The notes under the pieces are model-generated. The model searched no databases and was not told the origin of the DNA. It worked only from the letters and a program-made list of their open reading frames with translations. This document shows, piece after piece, positions 19,425 to 28,738 of a DNA stretch of 64,000 nucleotides. Every line of letters starts with the position of its first letter. Within the stretch, counting starts at the first letter, position 1. The stretch lies in the IMG/VR virus record IMGVR_UViG_3300029305_004466; one strand, 5' to 3'. A program made the position numbers and the translations under genes. This DNA comes from a virus (lineage: Duplodnaviria; Caudoviricetes).

Positions 19425-19806
19425 ATTCTGGTTTGATTTCTTCTAATTCTGGAGTTTCAAAAGGTTTTAATGGTTCAGCCGCTTCTTCAGCCTGTTTTTT
19501 AGCTAAGATAGTCTTCATTTCCATTAAAGCATCTTCGATAATTTTCTTAAGAGTTTCTTCTCTTATAATCATACTTAAGATAGGATGCTGAGCTTTTATC
19601 GTACTGATAACTTCAGCAAACTTAATCTGTCCTGTTTTGCTACCCCATTCTTCTTCAGCTACAGTCACTAAATAGAGTGCTGCTTCGTAAATACCTTTTT
19701 TACCTTTTGCCACCACATATACTACCACACAAGCAATAATAACTGCCAAGAGGATAACATAAGGGTTTTCAGCTAAACTTTTTACCATGTCGTTAATAAT
19801 AGTCAT
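19423..19806 (-). CDS. Phage holin, LL-H-like family
   Basis: Single N-terminal TM helix, then LVTVAEEEWGSKTGQIKF...IEDAL. Confidence 0.7.
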   Translation of the reverse strand: MTIINDMVKSLAENPYVILLAVIIACVVVYVVAKGKKGIYEAALYLVTVAEEEWGSKTGQIKFAEVISTIKAQHPILSMIIREETLKKIIEDALMEMKTILAKKQAEEAAEPLKPFETPELEEIKPE

Positions 19807-20942
19807 TTCAACTTACCTCCATTTTCTGCTATATATGTTTTAATTTTTTCTATAGCCATCTTTCTATGTTTTACAATAGTAATTCTGTGACAACCATATA
19901 TACTTGCTATTTCAGCATCAGTTTTATGTTGCACAAAAGACATTACTATCAATTCTCTTTCGTATGATGTTAAGCTTTTAAACTCTTCTCCACATGTATT
20001 CCCATTGGTCCAATTAAAGTTTAATGACTCCATTTCATATGGGTCAACGTCTTCTTCTCTAAGAACTAATGAATTACATATTTCTAATTGTTTTTGTCTG
20101 TCTGTTTTTGTTAACATTTTCTCTAAAATCTTATCTGTATCCATGTCTTTTAATATAACTCTCATTCCAACTTTATCTATTGTTGAGAAATTAGCTTCAG
20201 AATTCTTACAAATGCTTGAATGTGTTATTGATTCTGGCTCAAATTCGCTTTCAATACTAAACATTTTAAGATGAGCTAATGGGTCGCCAACAATTTTAGT
20301 TAAAGAGTTATATGCATCGAAATGGAAACACTTATTTACGTACATATGAAATGTACCATTCTCTTTATGGTACACATCTCCTTCTTTAGTTATTTTATAT
20401 TTATTTGCCATATTTAATAATGTGCAGGTTAATTCATTGTATATATCCCAATATTCATATTTAGAAAATAACTTTTGAATTTTAACACATGCATCACTAA
20501 ATAATATTCCCTTTTCATTACTATTCTTTGCTTTTTCTCTATCGCTCTTTGAGATAAATAAACCAATGAATTTAGTTAATGATTTATCGTAAGGTCTTAC
20601 GAATTTACTATTGTATTCTTCAAGTTCTTTCTCTTTGTTATAGTATTCTCCATGATATCCATAACAGATGAAGTCTGTATATTTTTTAATGAATCTATGA
20701 AAAACACTAACTATGTATTGGGCGGCTTCTAAATTACCTGATTTATATAATAACAGGTTATTATTAAGCTCCGCATAATCTTCCTCCGTAAACTTTTTGT
20801 ATTCCGTAGGAAATGCTCTATCAAAATCCGCCTTAGTTTGTTTAGAATAAGAATAGACAGAATCATTAAAAGAAGAATACGAATCTATACTTTCTTCAAA
20901 ATCATCGTCAAATTCCATATCGTCTTCTAAGTACTCTGTCAT
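19803..20942 (-). CDS. Phage-encoded sigma70-family RNA polymerase sigma factor
   Basis: Region 2-like DIYNEL...LLNMANKY...FHMYV; region 4 HTH LTSYERELI...TDAEIASIYGCHRITIVKHRKMAIEKIK. Confidence 0.8.
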   Translation of the reverse strand: MTEYLEDDMEFDDDFEESIDSYSSFNDSVYSYSKQTKADFDRAFPTEYKKFTEEDYAELNNNLLLYKSGNLEAAQYIVSVFHRFIKKYTDFICYGYHGEYYNKEKELEEYNSKFVRPYDKSLTKFIGLFISKSDREKAKNSNEKGILFSDACVKIQKLFSKYEYWDIYNELTCTLLNMANKYKITKEGDVYHKENGTFHMYVNKCFHFDAYNSLTKIVGDPLAHLKMFSIESEFEPESITHSSICKNSEANFSTIDKVGMRVILKDMDTDKILEKMLTKTDRQKQLEICNSLVLREEDVDPYEMESLNFNWTNGNTCGEEFKSLTSYERELIVMSFVQHKTDAEIASIYGCHRITIVKHRKMAIEKIKTYIAENGGKLK

Positions 20943-20949
20943 ATCTTTC

Positions 20950-21477
20950 TCAACTCCTAGTTTTATTCAGGTGAGCAATTCCAATACAAACCGAATCATA
21001 CATATCACTAGTTTTCTTTTTATTTTGTTTGTCACTGTAAGGTCCTATTCTATCTGGTAAATCAGGATACAGTTCAATTATTTTATTTGCAACTTCTTCT
21101 TTAGAAGCATTGCCGCTAAGACCTAAATTTTTTCTTGTTTCTTTAGGCTCTTGGGTAAATACTTCTGCACAATCAGCAAACATAAAGTGGCATATAATAG
21201 CACCTCTAAGTTTTGATAATTGTAAACCCGTTTTTAAATTCTTTGAATGGGAAAACCCGTCTTCTAATGCTATCTCTTTAATCGGAACAGGGTTAGAACA
21301 ATTGTGTTGTACAAACACATTGTCTAACTCTGTAACAATGCTTTTTATTCTTTCATTTTCAGGAATATCTGGTTTAGTTATGTATCGGCAGCACTCTATT
21401 ATTTCTCTGGTGTTAGCATCAATAATAGAGTAACCTGTCGAGCTTAAAGACGGGTCAATAGATAATATATAGCTCAT
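20950..21477 (-). CDS. ruvC: RuvC-like Holliday junction resolvase
   Basis: ILSIDPSLSSTGYS, IALED, GNASKEEV, DMYDSVCIG. Confidence 0.9.
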   Translation of the reverse strand: MSYILSIDPSLSSTGYSIIDANTREIIECCRYITKPDIPENERIKSIVTELDNVFVQHNCSNPVPIKEIALEDGFSHSKNLKTGLQLSKLRGAIICHFMFADCAEVFTQEPKETRKNLGLSGNASKEEVANKIIELYPDLPDRIGPYSDKQNKKKTSDMYDSVCIGIAHLNKTRS

Positions 21478-21512
21478 TGGAATCACCTACTGACATTATA
21501 ATATTTTTTGAA

Positions 21513-21677
21513 TTATTTGTCCAATTCTTTTGGAATAGTTTCGTCTACAAAAGTAAACTGAGGACTTTTCCCGTCAAGTGCTTTGTCTTTGATTTCTTTT
21601 TGTAATTGTTCGTTTGCAATAGTTTTGTTATCATCTGTAATAGTCATTTCACCAAACTGAGTTTGCATTTTCATCAT
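21513..21677 (-). CDS. Small hypothetical protein (54 aa, MMKMQTQFGEM...)
   Basis: ATGA overlap with upstream gene; fills the gap; not in ORF track. Confidence 0.65.
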   Translation of the reverse strand: MMKMQTQFGEMTITDDNKTIANEQLQKEIKDKALDGKSPQFTFVDETIPKELDK

Positions 21678-22486
21678 AATGATTCGCCTTCTTTCTTAAT
21701 ATAGTTTTCACATTGATTCCTATAGGTACAATGGAAACATCTTGTATCAGGACATATTGTATAGATGTCATTTCTAATACACTTAACTGTATTGATTACA
21801 GTTTGTTTCAGCATATTAAAATCTTTTGCATCTCTAAATGATGGTACATTCTTTTTCTTGTATATGTTAGCATATACAACTTGATAATCTTTAGAGGTAA
21901 ATGTTTTTTCAAATGCAAATGCGGCAGCTGTGAGTTCTAAATCATATCGCATCTGCATTAGGGTTTGGAATTTATCTTTTCTATGCTGGAACTTTATTAT
22001 CTGAAATATGGGATTATTATTATCATCGTGGAATTCTCTTATATATTCCCATTTACCAGTTAAAACAATATTGTTTGTAATGTTAACAGCATAGCCTTTA
22101 TTTATTAGTATAGGATATTGACTACCTTGTTTCATTAAATCATGGAAAGAGATTAAGGTTTCTATTCCATTCTTTCTAAGCAAATCATGTCTATCTCTCA
22201 TAGAAGCAGATGGGGTAGTCATTAACTTTATCATTGTTTTGTCTTTAATCCAGTATTTTCCCCACATTCTAGTAAGGAAACCTATTTCAACATTACTGTT
22301 GTTTTTTAATGCTGTAATATAAGAATAAAAGCAACTTCTAAGCAGTCTATCATATGCTTCTGTTAGATTTTCTGAACCGGAATTATTGTATTTGAGTTTG
22401 TAATATATAGGACAATAGTTATAGTCTAATATTTCCTGTATATCTATTTTAAAAACGTGGGAGTTGTCTACCTGCTCGTAAACCAT
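21674..22486 (-). CDS. Cas4/AddB-like PD-(D/E)XK-fold protein with Fe-S cysteines, probably nuclease-inactive
   Basis: YNYCPIYY at N-terminus, CFHCTYRNQC at C-terminus; LTGKWEYI and IIKFQ replace G.ID and IDYK. Confidence 0.7.
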   Translation of the reverse strand: MVYEQVDNSHVFKIDIQEILDYNYCPIYYKLKYNNSGSENLTEAYDRLLRSCFYSYITALKNNSNVEIGFLTRMWGKYWIKDKTMIKLMTTPSASMRDRHDLLRKNGIETLISFHDLMKQGSQYPILINKGYAVNITNNIVLTGKWEYIREFHDDNNNPIFQIIKFQHRKDKFQTLMQMRYDLELTAAAFAFEKTFTSKDYQVVYANIYKKKNVPSFRDAKDFNMLKQTVINTVKCIRNDIYTICPDTRCFHCTYRNQCENYIKKEGESL

Positions 22487-22775
22487 GTTGCCTTTCTGCT
22501 AATAATCCCGGGGTCTCTCTGTCGCATCTGTCAAACTGAGCTTGCTGACAACCCCAATGGATTTGCCATTTAAACTCTCTTTTTCTTGTTGCAGGGTCTT
22601 TACTGAAGTCCTCTGGTAACATTGTTTTACCGCAAATACGGCATACAATATATTCCCCCGGAGCAGGAGGAGTAGGTAGCATATAGTTTCTACCTTTCTC
22701 CTTTTCCGCTTGGAGAGAATAGTCTTGGACTTGTTTTACATATTCAGCTAATTCTTCATTACTTGGAATCGCCAT
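22449..22775 (-). CDS. Hypothetical zinc-finger protein
   Basis: CRIC...HWGC. Confidence 0.7.
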   Translation of the reverse strand: MAIPSNEELAEYVKQVQDYSLQAEKEKGRNYMLPTPPAPGEYIVCRICGKTMLPEDFSKDPATRKREFKWQIHWGCQQAQFDRCDRETPGLLAERQHGLRAGRQLPRF

Positions 22776-23169
22776 TATTATCACCTACTATTCTTTTACT
22801 AAGTTCCTTTATAGAATCCATTATAGCATCTGAAACGTAAATAATAAAGTTCTTTCTCTTAATCATTTTATCTCTGTCTGCATAAGTATGGCTACAAATT
22901 GGAATTTGGCATGTTTGACAGGATACATATAAATGACTTGCCTTATTTACACACTTGCTACAGATTGGACAAGGATTATATCTTGGGCAGGTTTTTGTTT
23001 TAGGTTCTCTTTCTTCGAATATATCTTTATTGTTTCTCATAAGCTTGTCGTTTTTATCAAGTTCTCTTCTAAGTTTTTGTTCATCGAACTTTGGCATTCC
23101 TGTAAGCGGGTCTATCTGTGTATCAGATTTTGCCATGTCATAAAGACCCTTTAAATAATTATTCATCAT
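22759..23169 (-). CDS. Hypothetical Cys-rich protein
   Basis: CPRYNPCPICSKC...CQTC...C; GAGGAGG RBS. Confidence 0.7.
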   Translation of the reverse strand: MMNNYLKGLYDMAKSDTQIDPLTGMPKFDEQKLRRELDKNDKLMRNNKDIFEEREPKTKTCPRYNPCPICSKCVNKASHLYVSCQTCQIPICSHTYADRDKMIKRKNFIIYVSDAIMDSIKELSKRIVGDNNGDSK

Positions 23170-23680
23170 TGTCGGTGTCCTCCTCACAAACATATTTATA
23201 TACGAATTTTCTAGCTTCTATTTCTAAATCTTCTAAAGTACCACTATTATTAATGATGTAGTCATAATCATAATTATCAACATTAGCATCTGATATATTT
23301 GTTTTGATTGCTTGAGTGCTATCTCTTTTTACAAGAATTGTTTCAGCATTAAATTCTTGAACGGCTCTTTTGATTTCTTCTGGTTCTCTAATATGCAGGA
23401 ACAAACACGAAGCACCACTAATGGTAAGGAAGTTTGAAACTGTATGCTTTAAACAGTTAAATGACATGTCATTGTATTCTGTGGTAAGAGCTTTTAAATC
23501 AGATAAAAGCTTTCTATCTTTATCTGTTTTGGATACTCCATCCCAACCTATTTGCTTTGCTATTAATTTTACCTTATCGACTGAAGAATAATTTATTGTA
23601 GGTACAACCTTTGATACCATTTCTACAAATGTATCTTTTCCTACACCGCCACTGCCATTAATAATAAAGACTTTTTTCAT
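23159..23680 (-). CDS. Deoxynucleotide monophosphate kinase-like P-loop protein
   Basis: INGSGGVGKDT, KDRKLL, HIREPEE, YDYIINNSGTLEDL. Confidence 0.75.
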   Translation of the reverse strand: MKKVFIINGSGGVGKDTFVEMVSKVVPTINYSSVDKVKLIAKQIGWDGVSKTDKDRKLLSDLKALTTEYNDMSFNCLKHTVSNFLTISGASCLFLHIREPEEIKRAVQEFNAETILVKRDSTQAIKTNISDANVDNYDYDYIINNSGTLEDLEIEARKFVYKYVCEEDTDNDE

Positions 23681-23689
23681 AATACCCTC

Positions 23690-24067
23690 CTATATAACCC
23701 AGTTTGTTTTAGTTGTGCTGAGTCCCTTGTCATTAAATTTAAGTAAAGCTTTTTTAACTTTTGCGTTAGTGTCTACTTCTAATTTTTTATTAGAACATTT
23801 ATCCAAGAAGTCTGCCATAGCCCAGCTGAAACCAACTGTTGCATTTTGTGTAGAGTTGAATATGTAAACAGAATAACATTGATTCATTATTTCTGTTTTG
23901 ATGTAATACTCGTCTACATTTTTTACTGAATCTGCAATAATTTCTTTTACAAAGGTCTGCATTGTTTGGTCTATCATGGCAAGTCCTGTAAATAATGCTT
24001 TGTATTGAGTATTCTGCTTTGCCATTTCCATTAGGTCATTTAAGCACATACCTTGTTTAATTTCCAT
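23690..24067 (-). CDS. Hypothetical protein
   Basis: 125 aa ORF in operon. Confidence 0.7.
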   Translation of the reverse strand: MEIKQGMCLNDLMEMAKQNTQYKALFTGLAMIDQTMQTFVKEIIADSVKNVDEYYIKTEIMNQCYSVYIFNSTQNATVGFSWAMADFLDKCSNKKLEVDTNAKVKKALLKFNDKGLSTTKTNWVI

Positions 24068-24485
24068 TTTTGTTCCTACCTTTCATGGTTAATGCTTTCT
24101 CTACTGGCATTTTTTTAAGACGTTTGCTCAGTGCTTGCTTTGTAATTCCTATATCATCAGCCCATTTTGTTATAGATTTAGATTCGCCATTGAATTCTAA
24201 GTTATGGACTTTTGATGTAGGCGTTGTAGTATTTCCATTTTTTATCATTTGCTCTCTGTTTATAGCTATTTGTTCTTTAGCTTTTTCTCTTCTAAGACAG
24301 CCACAAGACTGTACACTTCCATTAAGTAAAGACATTTCTGGAACTAAAACGATAGAATGTTTTCTACAGTTGCACAAACATCTATGCCATCTTCCTATAT
24401 CTTTTGCATATGATTTATCTATTGGGGGCTCTACATTTGGTTCGATTACCATTAATCTATTAAATGTGTCTCCTCTATTTATCAT
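24057..24485 (-). CDS. Homing-endonuclease-associated zinc/HTH protein lacking the HNH core
   Basis: FNRLMVI...WHRCLCNC...LLNGSVQSCGC joined to FNGESKSITKWADDIGITKQALSKRL...VEKAL. Confidence 0.65.
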   Translation of the reverse strand: MINRGDTFNRLMVIEPNVEPPIDKSYAKDIGRWHRCLCNCRKHSIVLVPEMSLLNGSVQSCGCLRREKAKEQIAINREQMIKNGNTTTPTSKVHNLEFNGESKSITKWADDIGITKQALSKRLKKMPVEKALTMKGRNKNGN

Positions 24486-24496
24486 TGTTACCACCT

Positions 24497-25630
24497 CTAA
24501 CTATATAACTGATTTGTGAAGTTCTTCTGAGTTGCATCGTCACATTCTTGCATGAGAGCCATTTCTGGATAAAATTCAAAGAATACTCTACCTTTGAATG
24601 TGTTGAATTTATTTTTAGCAAAGTGTACTTCAAATATCGGTTGTTTGAAAGGATTGTTGTTTCTATTAAAGTATACGCTGGCATTTTCACCTTTATAGTG
24701 AACTTCGTTATATACTAACAGAATTGCTTTTGCTTCATACTTAATCTTAACAGATTCTCTGATGTCATCAAGCATTGGTCTACGAATTCCGTTAATCTTT
24801 TTAAGTTCGCCAGTACATATCATAATTATGTCATGCTTAATAGCTACGTCAGAACACCACTGAGCCATAAAGTCATACTTTTCTTTGTCGGTCATGTTAG
24901 GTTTTGTTTGCGTGTTTAAGTCATGGAAATTATCAATACATACTACTAACTGTTTATTGATATTGTTTGACTTAAAATATATAAGCATTCTTTCGATTTC
25001 TTCTTCAATATCTTCGATAAAGGTACTGAATGTTGCATCATATGCTCTGTAATTACTTGTATTGTTACGGATTTTAATTAATGCGTTTTTACGTCTTATT
25101 AACATCAATGGATATTGTGTATAATTAAGTGGGGTCTTAATAGCATTAATAATAACTTTTCCAGAACAAGCAGCTACTCTTGAAAGCTTATCTGCCATAG
25201 CATCATCAAGAGAAAAGTCCATAACGTATGCGTCTTGATTATTAATTGATGTTTGCCAAGCTATTTGAGATAAGAGTGCTGTTTTGCCTAAGTTACTGTC
25301 GCCTGCTATGATAATAAAGCCCGGATGTAATCCACCGTCAAAAGCTTTATCTATCAAAGGGAAACCAGTGGAAAGACCTTTATTTTTTTGACTCCATGCT
25401 TTTGTTTCAAAGTCATCAATAGTCTGCCACATTGCCAACTCATAATCTTCGGTTGGTTTATTAGGATATGTAAATTTAACTGGAATAGGTCCATTACCAG
25501 TATCTATAGTACTTGTTTCTTCATATCCAATTTCTTGAGTTGGTATTGCAGGTCCATAAAAATTAGGATTAATAACTGTTATATCCCCGCCAGTTTCTTT
25601 ATCTTGTATTACAATTCTTTGTTCGTCCAT
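24497..25630 (-). CDS. DnaB-like SF4 replicative helicase (C-terminal domain)
   Basis: TGFPLID, GDSNLGKT, DFSLD, VCIDNFH, RRPMLDDIRES, AKNK. Confidence 0.85.
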   Translation of the reverse strand: MDEQRIVIQDKETGGDITVINPNFYGPAIPTQEIGYEETSTIDTGNGPIPVKFTYPNKPTEDYELAMWQTIDDFETKAWSQKNKGLSTGFPLIDKAFDGGLHPGFIIIAGDSNLGKTALLSQIAWQTSINNQDAYVMDFSLDDAMADKLSRVAACSGKVIINAIKTPLNYTQYPLMLIRRKNALIKIRNNTSNYRAYDATFSTFIEDIEEEIERMLIYFKSNNINKQLVVCIDNFHDLNTQTKPNMTDKEKYDFMAQWCSDVAIKHDIIMICTGELKKINGIRRPMLDDIRESVKIKYEAKAILLVYNEVHYKGENASVYFNRNNNPFKQPIFEVHFAKNKFNTFKGRVFFEFYPEMALMQECDDATQKNFTNQLYS

Positions 25631-26205
25631 TACTCCACCTTGTTACCCTTCAATATATTTATATTAACATTGTGTAAAGGTATTAGCATATGAAAACCAT
25701 AAAAGCCAGTCTTTACATTTCTTTCTCGTAATGCAGGAGATAATATCAAATCATCGTCTTGGTATCTATTAAGAGTTAACGTTGTAGCTAATCCACATAT
25801 ATTTACGGTTTGTTTGTCTGGATTATAAATACAAATGATTTGAGCATATTTATTATTTTTTGGGATTATAGGAAACTTTCCTCGTTCAACGGTTTTTATT
25901 CCTACTGTATATCCCGGAATGTCTGGAGTGTCATATTTATTTGAATTACCAACAGACCAATCTATAATTGAAATATCAAATAATTTTTCTACGGCTCGTT
26001 CTCCCATAAGCCCTGTAAAAAATCTTTTTATTTCATTATGGCAATCTCTTATATGATGCTTCTCGTGTGCTTTATTGATTGCTATTTGTTTGGCTAAGTT
26101 AAGTATCTTATTAATTTCTTCTTGACTGAAATGTATTTCCACTGAGTTTTTTATATACGGGGATATTTTTGTTTGATAATTCATCAACGCTTGGTTTTGT
26201 TTCAT
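25630..26205 (-). CDS. Hypothetical protein, possible PD-(D/E)XK-like nuclease
   Basis: GLMGERAV...PDI...VGIKT; GAGGA RBS before ATG 26205. Confidence 0.55.
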   Translation of the reverse strand: MKQNQALMNYQTKISPYIKNSVEIHFSQEEINKILNLAKQIAINKAHEKHHIRDCHNEIKRFFTGLMGERAVEKLFDISIIDWSVGNSNKYDTPDIPGYTVGIKTVERGKFPIIPKNNKYAQIICIYNPDKQTVNICGLATTLTLNRYQDDDLILSPALRERNVKTGFYGFHMLIPLHNVNINILKGNKVE

Positions 26206-27247
26206 TTCGCTTTTCCTCTTTTTTGATATATACTTTACAAGTATTATTACATACCGATAAAGATTGTAAGGTAGCACAACCAAATTGCTTTTGTGAATTA
26301 AAGATACTTTTTACTGTTTTGATTAGTTCGTTTTGTCCAGTAGGTTTTACATTATTGTCATTCCATTCGGTTATTATCTCAATGGTTTCGTCTAATGTTT
26401 TACCATAAGATTTATAAAAACCTGCTAAACAAGCAATGGTAATATTACGTTCTCCCTCTTGTGCTCCATTCTCAAGTATGTTCTGAATACAAGGTGGAAT
26501 GAAGTTAAAACTCTTTTTAAATCTATTACCTCTGCTTTTATCTTCTTGTTCTTTATGTCTTAAATATTCTGCTATTATTTTTTGATATGCTCTATTTGCA
26601 TTAGGCAACTCAGTATACAAAGGATATTCCATTTGTCTTTGCGTTGTAGCCATGGCTCTTATCTGGTCTATGCTTAATGTTCGTAATTCTTCAAATGTAA
26701 TTGGAATTTTGTACAAACCAGATTTACCATGTCTTGTATTAGGAATCCTAAATAATCTTTTGTTATCGTATATCTGAGTATCCAATGTCTTGTTGGGAGT
26801 AAAACCTTTTGCTAAATTGGCGATATATTTGTATATGCAGTTTAATTCAGCACTAGGAGTTACTCCCATTATTTCAGCAGGTAATATAAAATGTATTCCT
26901 TTGTTACCGCTGAAATATATTTTTATCCATTCTTTTTTGATTAAGAAGATAACTTCTATCATGTTTGCTACTACGATAGCGTCTTTTCTTACATTTTCGA
27001 AGTTGTTTACATCGTCAAAATCAAAATACATATCTCCATACATTAAGGAGTTATCAATATCTTGTGTGTTATACCTGAAAGCACTACAGAAAGTACTACA
27101 GAAATTCCTCGCATTAACAAATTCATTAAGGCTTCCGAAAGGTATATAACGATTCCTTGTAAACATACGCTGATTATTTTGCTCATATTCAAATCCTACT
27201 TCCACAATATTCATATTAGATAAAGCATTGTCTTTTTCTTGTTTCAA
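26111..27247 (-). CDS. Archaeo-eukaryotic primase/primpol with PriCT-type C-terminal domain
   Basis: YFDFD, FSGNKGIH, RLFRIPNT, PPCI, GERN, FGC; TTG start after GGTGA inferred. Confidence 0.85.
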   Translation of the reverse strand: MKQEKDNALSNMNIVEVGFEYEQNNQRMFTRNRYIPFGSLNEFVNARNFCSTFCSAFRYNTQDIDNSLMYGDMYFDFDDVNNFENVRKDAIVVANMIEVIFLIKKEWIKIYFSGNKGIHFILPAEIMGVTPSAELNCIYKYIANLAKGFTPNKTLDTQIYDNKRLFRIPNTRHGKSGLYKIPITFEELRTLSIDQIRAMATTQRQMEYPLYTELPNANRAYQKIIAEYLRHKEQEDKSRGNRFKKSFNFIPPCIQNILENGAQEGERNITIACLAGFYKSYGKTLDETIEIITEWNDNNVKPTGQNELIKTVKSIFNSQKQFGCATLQSLSVCNNTCKVYIKKEEKRNETKPSVDELSNKNIPVYKKLSGNTFQSRRN

Positions 27248-27878
27248 TTTTATCACCACCATTAGCGATACAGTTATTAGTTATGTTATCTAAATAGCTT
27301 TTCGCAATCATGTAATAATTATCGAACTTGTTAAAATCGAACTCTCTATCTTCGATATTATCTTTTATTGCTTCGAACATAAACATTACTGTATCTAATC
27401 CGTATTTGCCTATATAATGATTTAACAATCCCTTGATTCTTGATTGTTGCCACTGGTAGGTATTGGTATACCCAAGTGATAACAAGTAATTATAAACTTC
27501 ATCCATGGTATAGCTTGCGGCTATTTCTACGAAATATTCCTGTTTGGTGCTAATCATGGTCCCTGTATTATAATCTACATCAACTTTAGCTGGTTCTGGT
27601 TGTATCCTTAATTCTTTATGATAATACATCTGTCCTTGTTTTATTAAGTTAGCATGATAGGATGTGTATTTCATAATGTCGGCTATTTTAAAGTTAGTTC
27701 TGTTATTTACATTACTAAGTAAGATATTCTTACATTCTTTAAATGTGTAGCCACTATTAAGAACATATGAGAGCTTATCAACAATGTTTTTAAGCTCCTC
27801 TTTATTTACTGGTCTGCCAACATATAGCATACTGTAGAGTGCCGCTAAGTCATATACAGAACCTTTGTTGATTAGCAC
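27216..27878 (-). CDS. Hypothetical protein (replication-associated context)
   Basis: 220 aa ORF immediately upstream of the primase. Confidence 0.75.
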   Translation of the reverse strand: MLINKGSVYDLAALYSMLYVGRPVNKEELKNIVDKLSYVLNSGYTFKECKNILLSNVNNRTNFKIADIMKYTSYHANLIKQGQMYYHKELRIQPEPAKVDVDYNTGTMISTKQEYFVEIAASYTMDEVYNYLLSLGYTNTYQWQQSRIKGLLNHYIGKYGLDTVMFMFEAIKDNIEDREFDFNKFDNYYMIAKSYLDNITNNCIANGGDKIETRKRQCFI

Positions 27879-28642
27879 GGAGATTTTCCCACTGATTTAG
27901 TCCATTCGATAAATGAATCTATGTTGCTAGGGTTTAAATCTGTTTTCTTAGAAAACTTATTGTTCCATGCGTTTATGTAGTTACAAAGTACCGCATCATC
28001 TGTTATACCCATTTGTTGTTTGAAGTTGTTAATTGCTTGTATCTGTTCTTGCGTAAAACCATTTATTGTGTTTTGCGGTTGAACAGGTGTAGGAGCAGCT
28101 TGTTGTATTGGAGCATTTCCCGATAATAATTTATCTAATTCGTTTGAATCTAAAGCAAAATCTTCAAAAGGAAGTTCTTCTCTAGGGTCATTATTCAATT
28201 GTTCTGCTGTAGTTACTGGAGTGCTTATAGCACCAGTCTCTTGAAGCATATTTAAAATATCTTCTTGAGTTGCAGGTTGTGGTGTTGTTGTAGGAATTAG
28301 TTGTGGAACTGGCTGTGATGCAGGAGCAGTCTTTTGAGCTTCTACTGTTGTTTCATACATAATAGTTTTAACAGCATTATTAATAGCGTATAAGTGAGCG
28401 TCAGAAGCATCTGCTGTTTTATATACATAACGACCATATAAGATGTGTCCCGGTAAGTAGACTCTTACCTCGATTACTGACTGGATATTATCAATTCTTT
28501 CATCTCTTGTTGTTTCCCAAGTATATCTTACCTGTGCTTTTGTAAGTTGTTCGAGTACCATTTTTGGTTTGGTAGTGTCAATAGTTAATTTTGCTGGTTC
28601 GCTACATTGACAATAAATGTTTACTAAGGTTTCATTTACCAT
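27872..28642 (-). CDS. Hypothetical protein with P/Q/T-rich linker, possibly an annealing/SSB-like protein
   Basis: First gene after a promoter; AAGGAG RBS; C-terminal helical domain resembles that of 2787-3431. Confidence 0.7.
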   Translation of the reverse strand: MVNETLVNIYCQCSEPAKLTIDTTKPKMVLEQLTKAQVRYTWETTRDERIDNIQSVIEVRVYLPGHILYGRYVYKTADASDAHLYAINNAVKTIMYETTVEAQKTAPASQPVPQLIPTTTPQPATQEDILNMLQETGAISTPVTTAEQLNNDPREELPFEDFALDSNELDKLLSGNAPIQQAAPTPVQPQNTINGFTQEQIQAINNFKQQMGITDDAVLCNYINAWNNKFSKKTDLNPSNIDSFIEWTKSVGKSPC

Positions 28643-28667
28643 TGTTTTGTTCTCCTTTCATAAAATA

Positions 28668-28710
28668 AAGATTAGGTGTAACCTTGTATTACAATATTAC
28701 ACCTAATCTT
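28668..28710. repeat. Perfect 14-bp inverted repeat AAGATTAGGTGTAA-N15-TTACACCTAATCTT overlapping the promoter
   Basis: Arms at 28668-28681 and 28697-28710. Confidence 0.85.
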
Positions 28711-28722
28711 CCATGTTGTCAA
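28694..28722 (-). promoter_or_regulatory. SigmaA-type promoter TTGACA-N17-TAATAT driving the minus-strand replication operon
   Basis: Reverse complement of tgtcaa 28717-22 and atatta 28694-99. Confidence 0.75.
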
Positions 28723-28738
28723 CATATTTTTTTATTTT

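Noticed and set aside
24497-25630. DnaB-like helicase as inactive (FSLD for FSLE, KNK for KNR)
   Set aside because: Substitutions are conservative and Walker motifs are intact; not enough to call it dead
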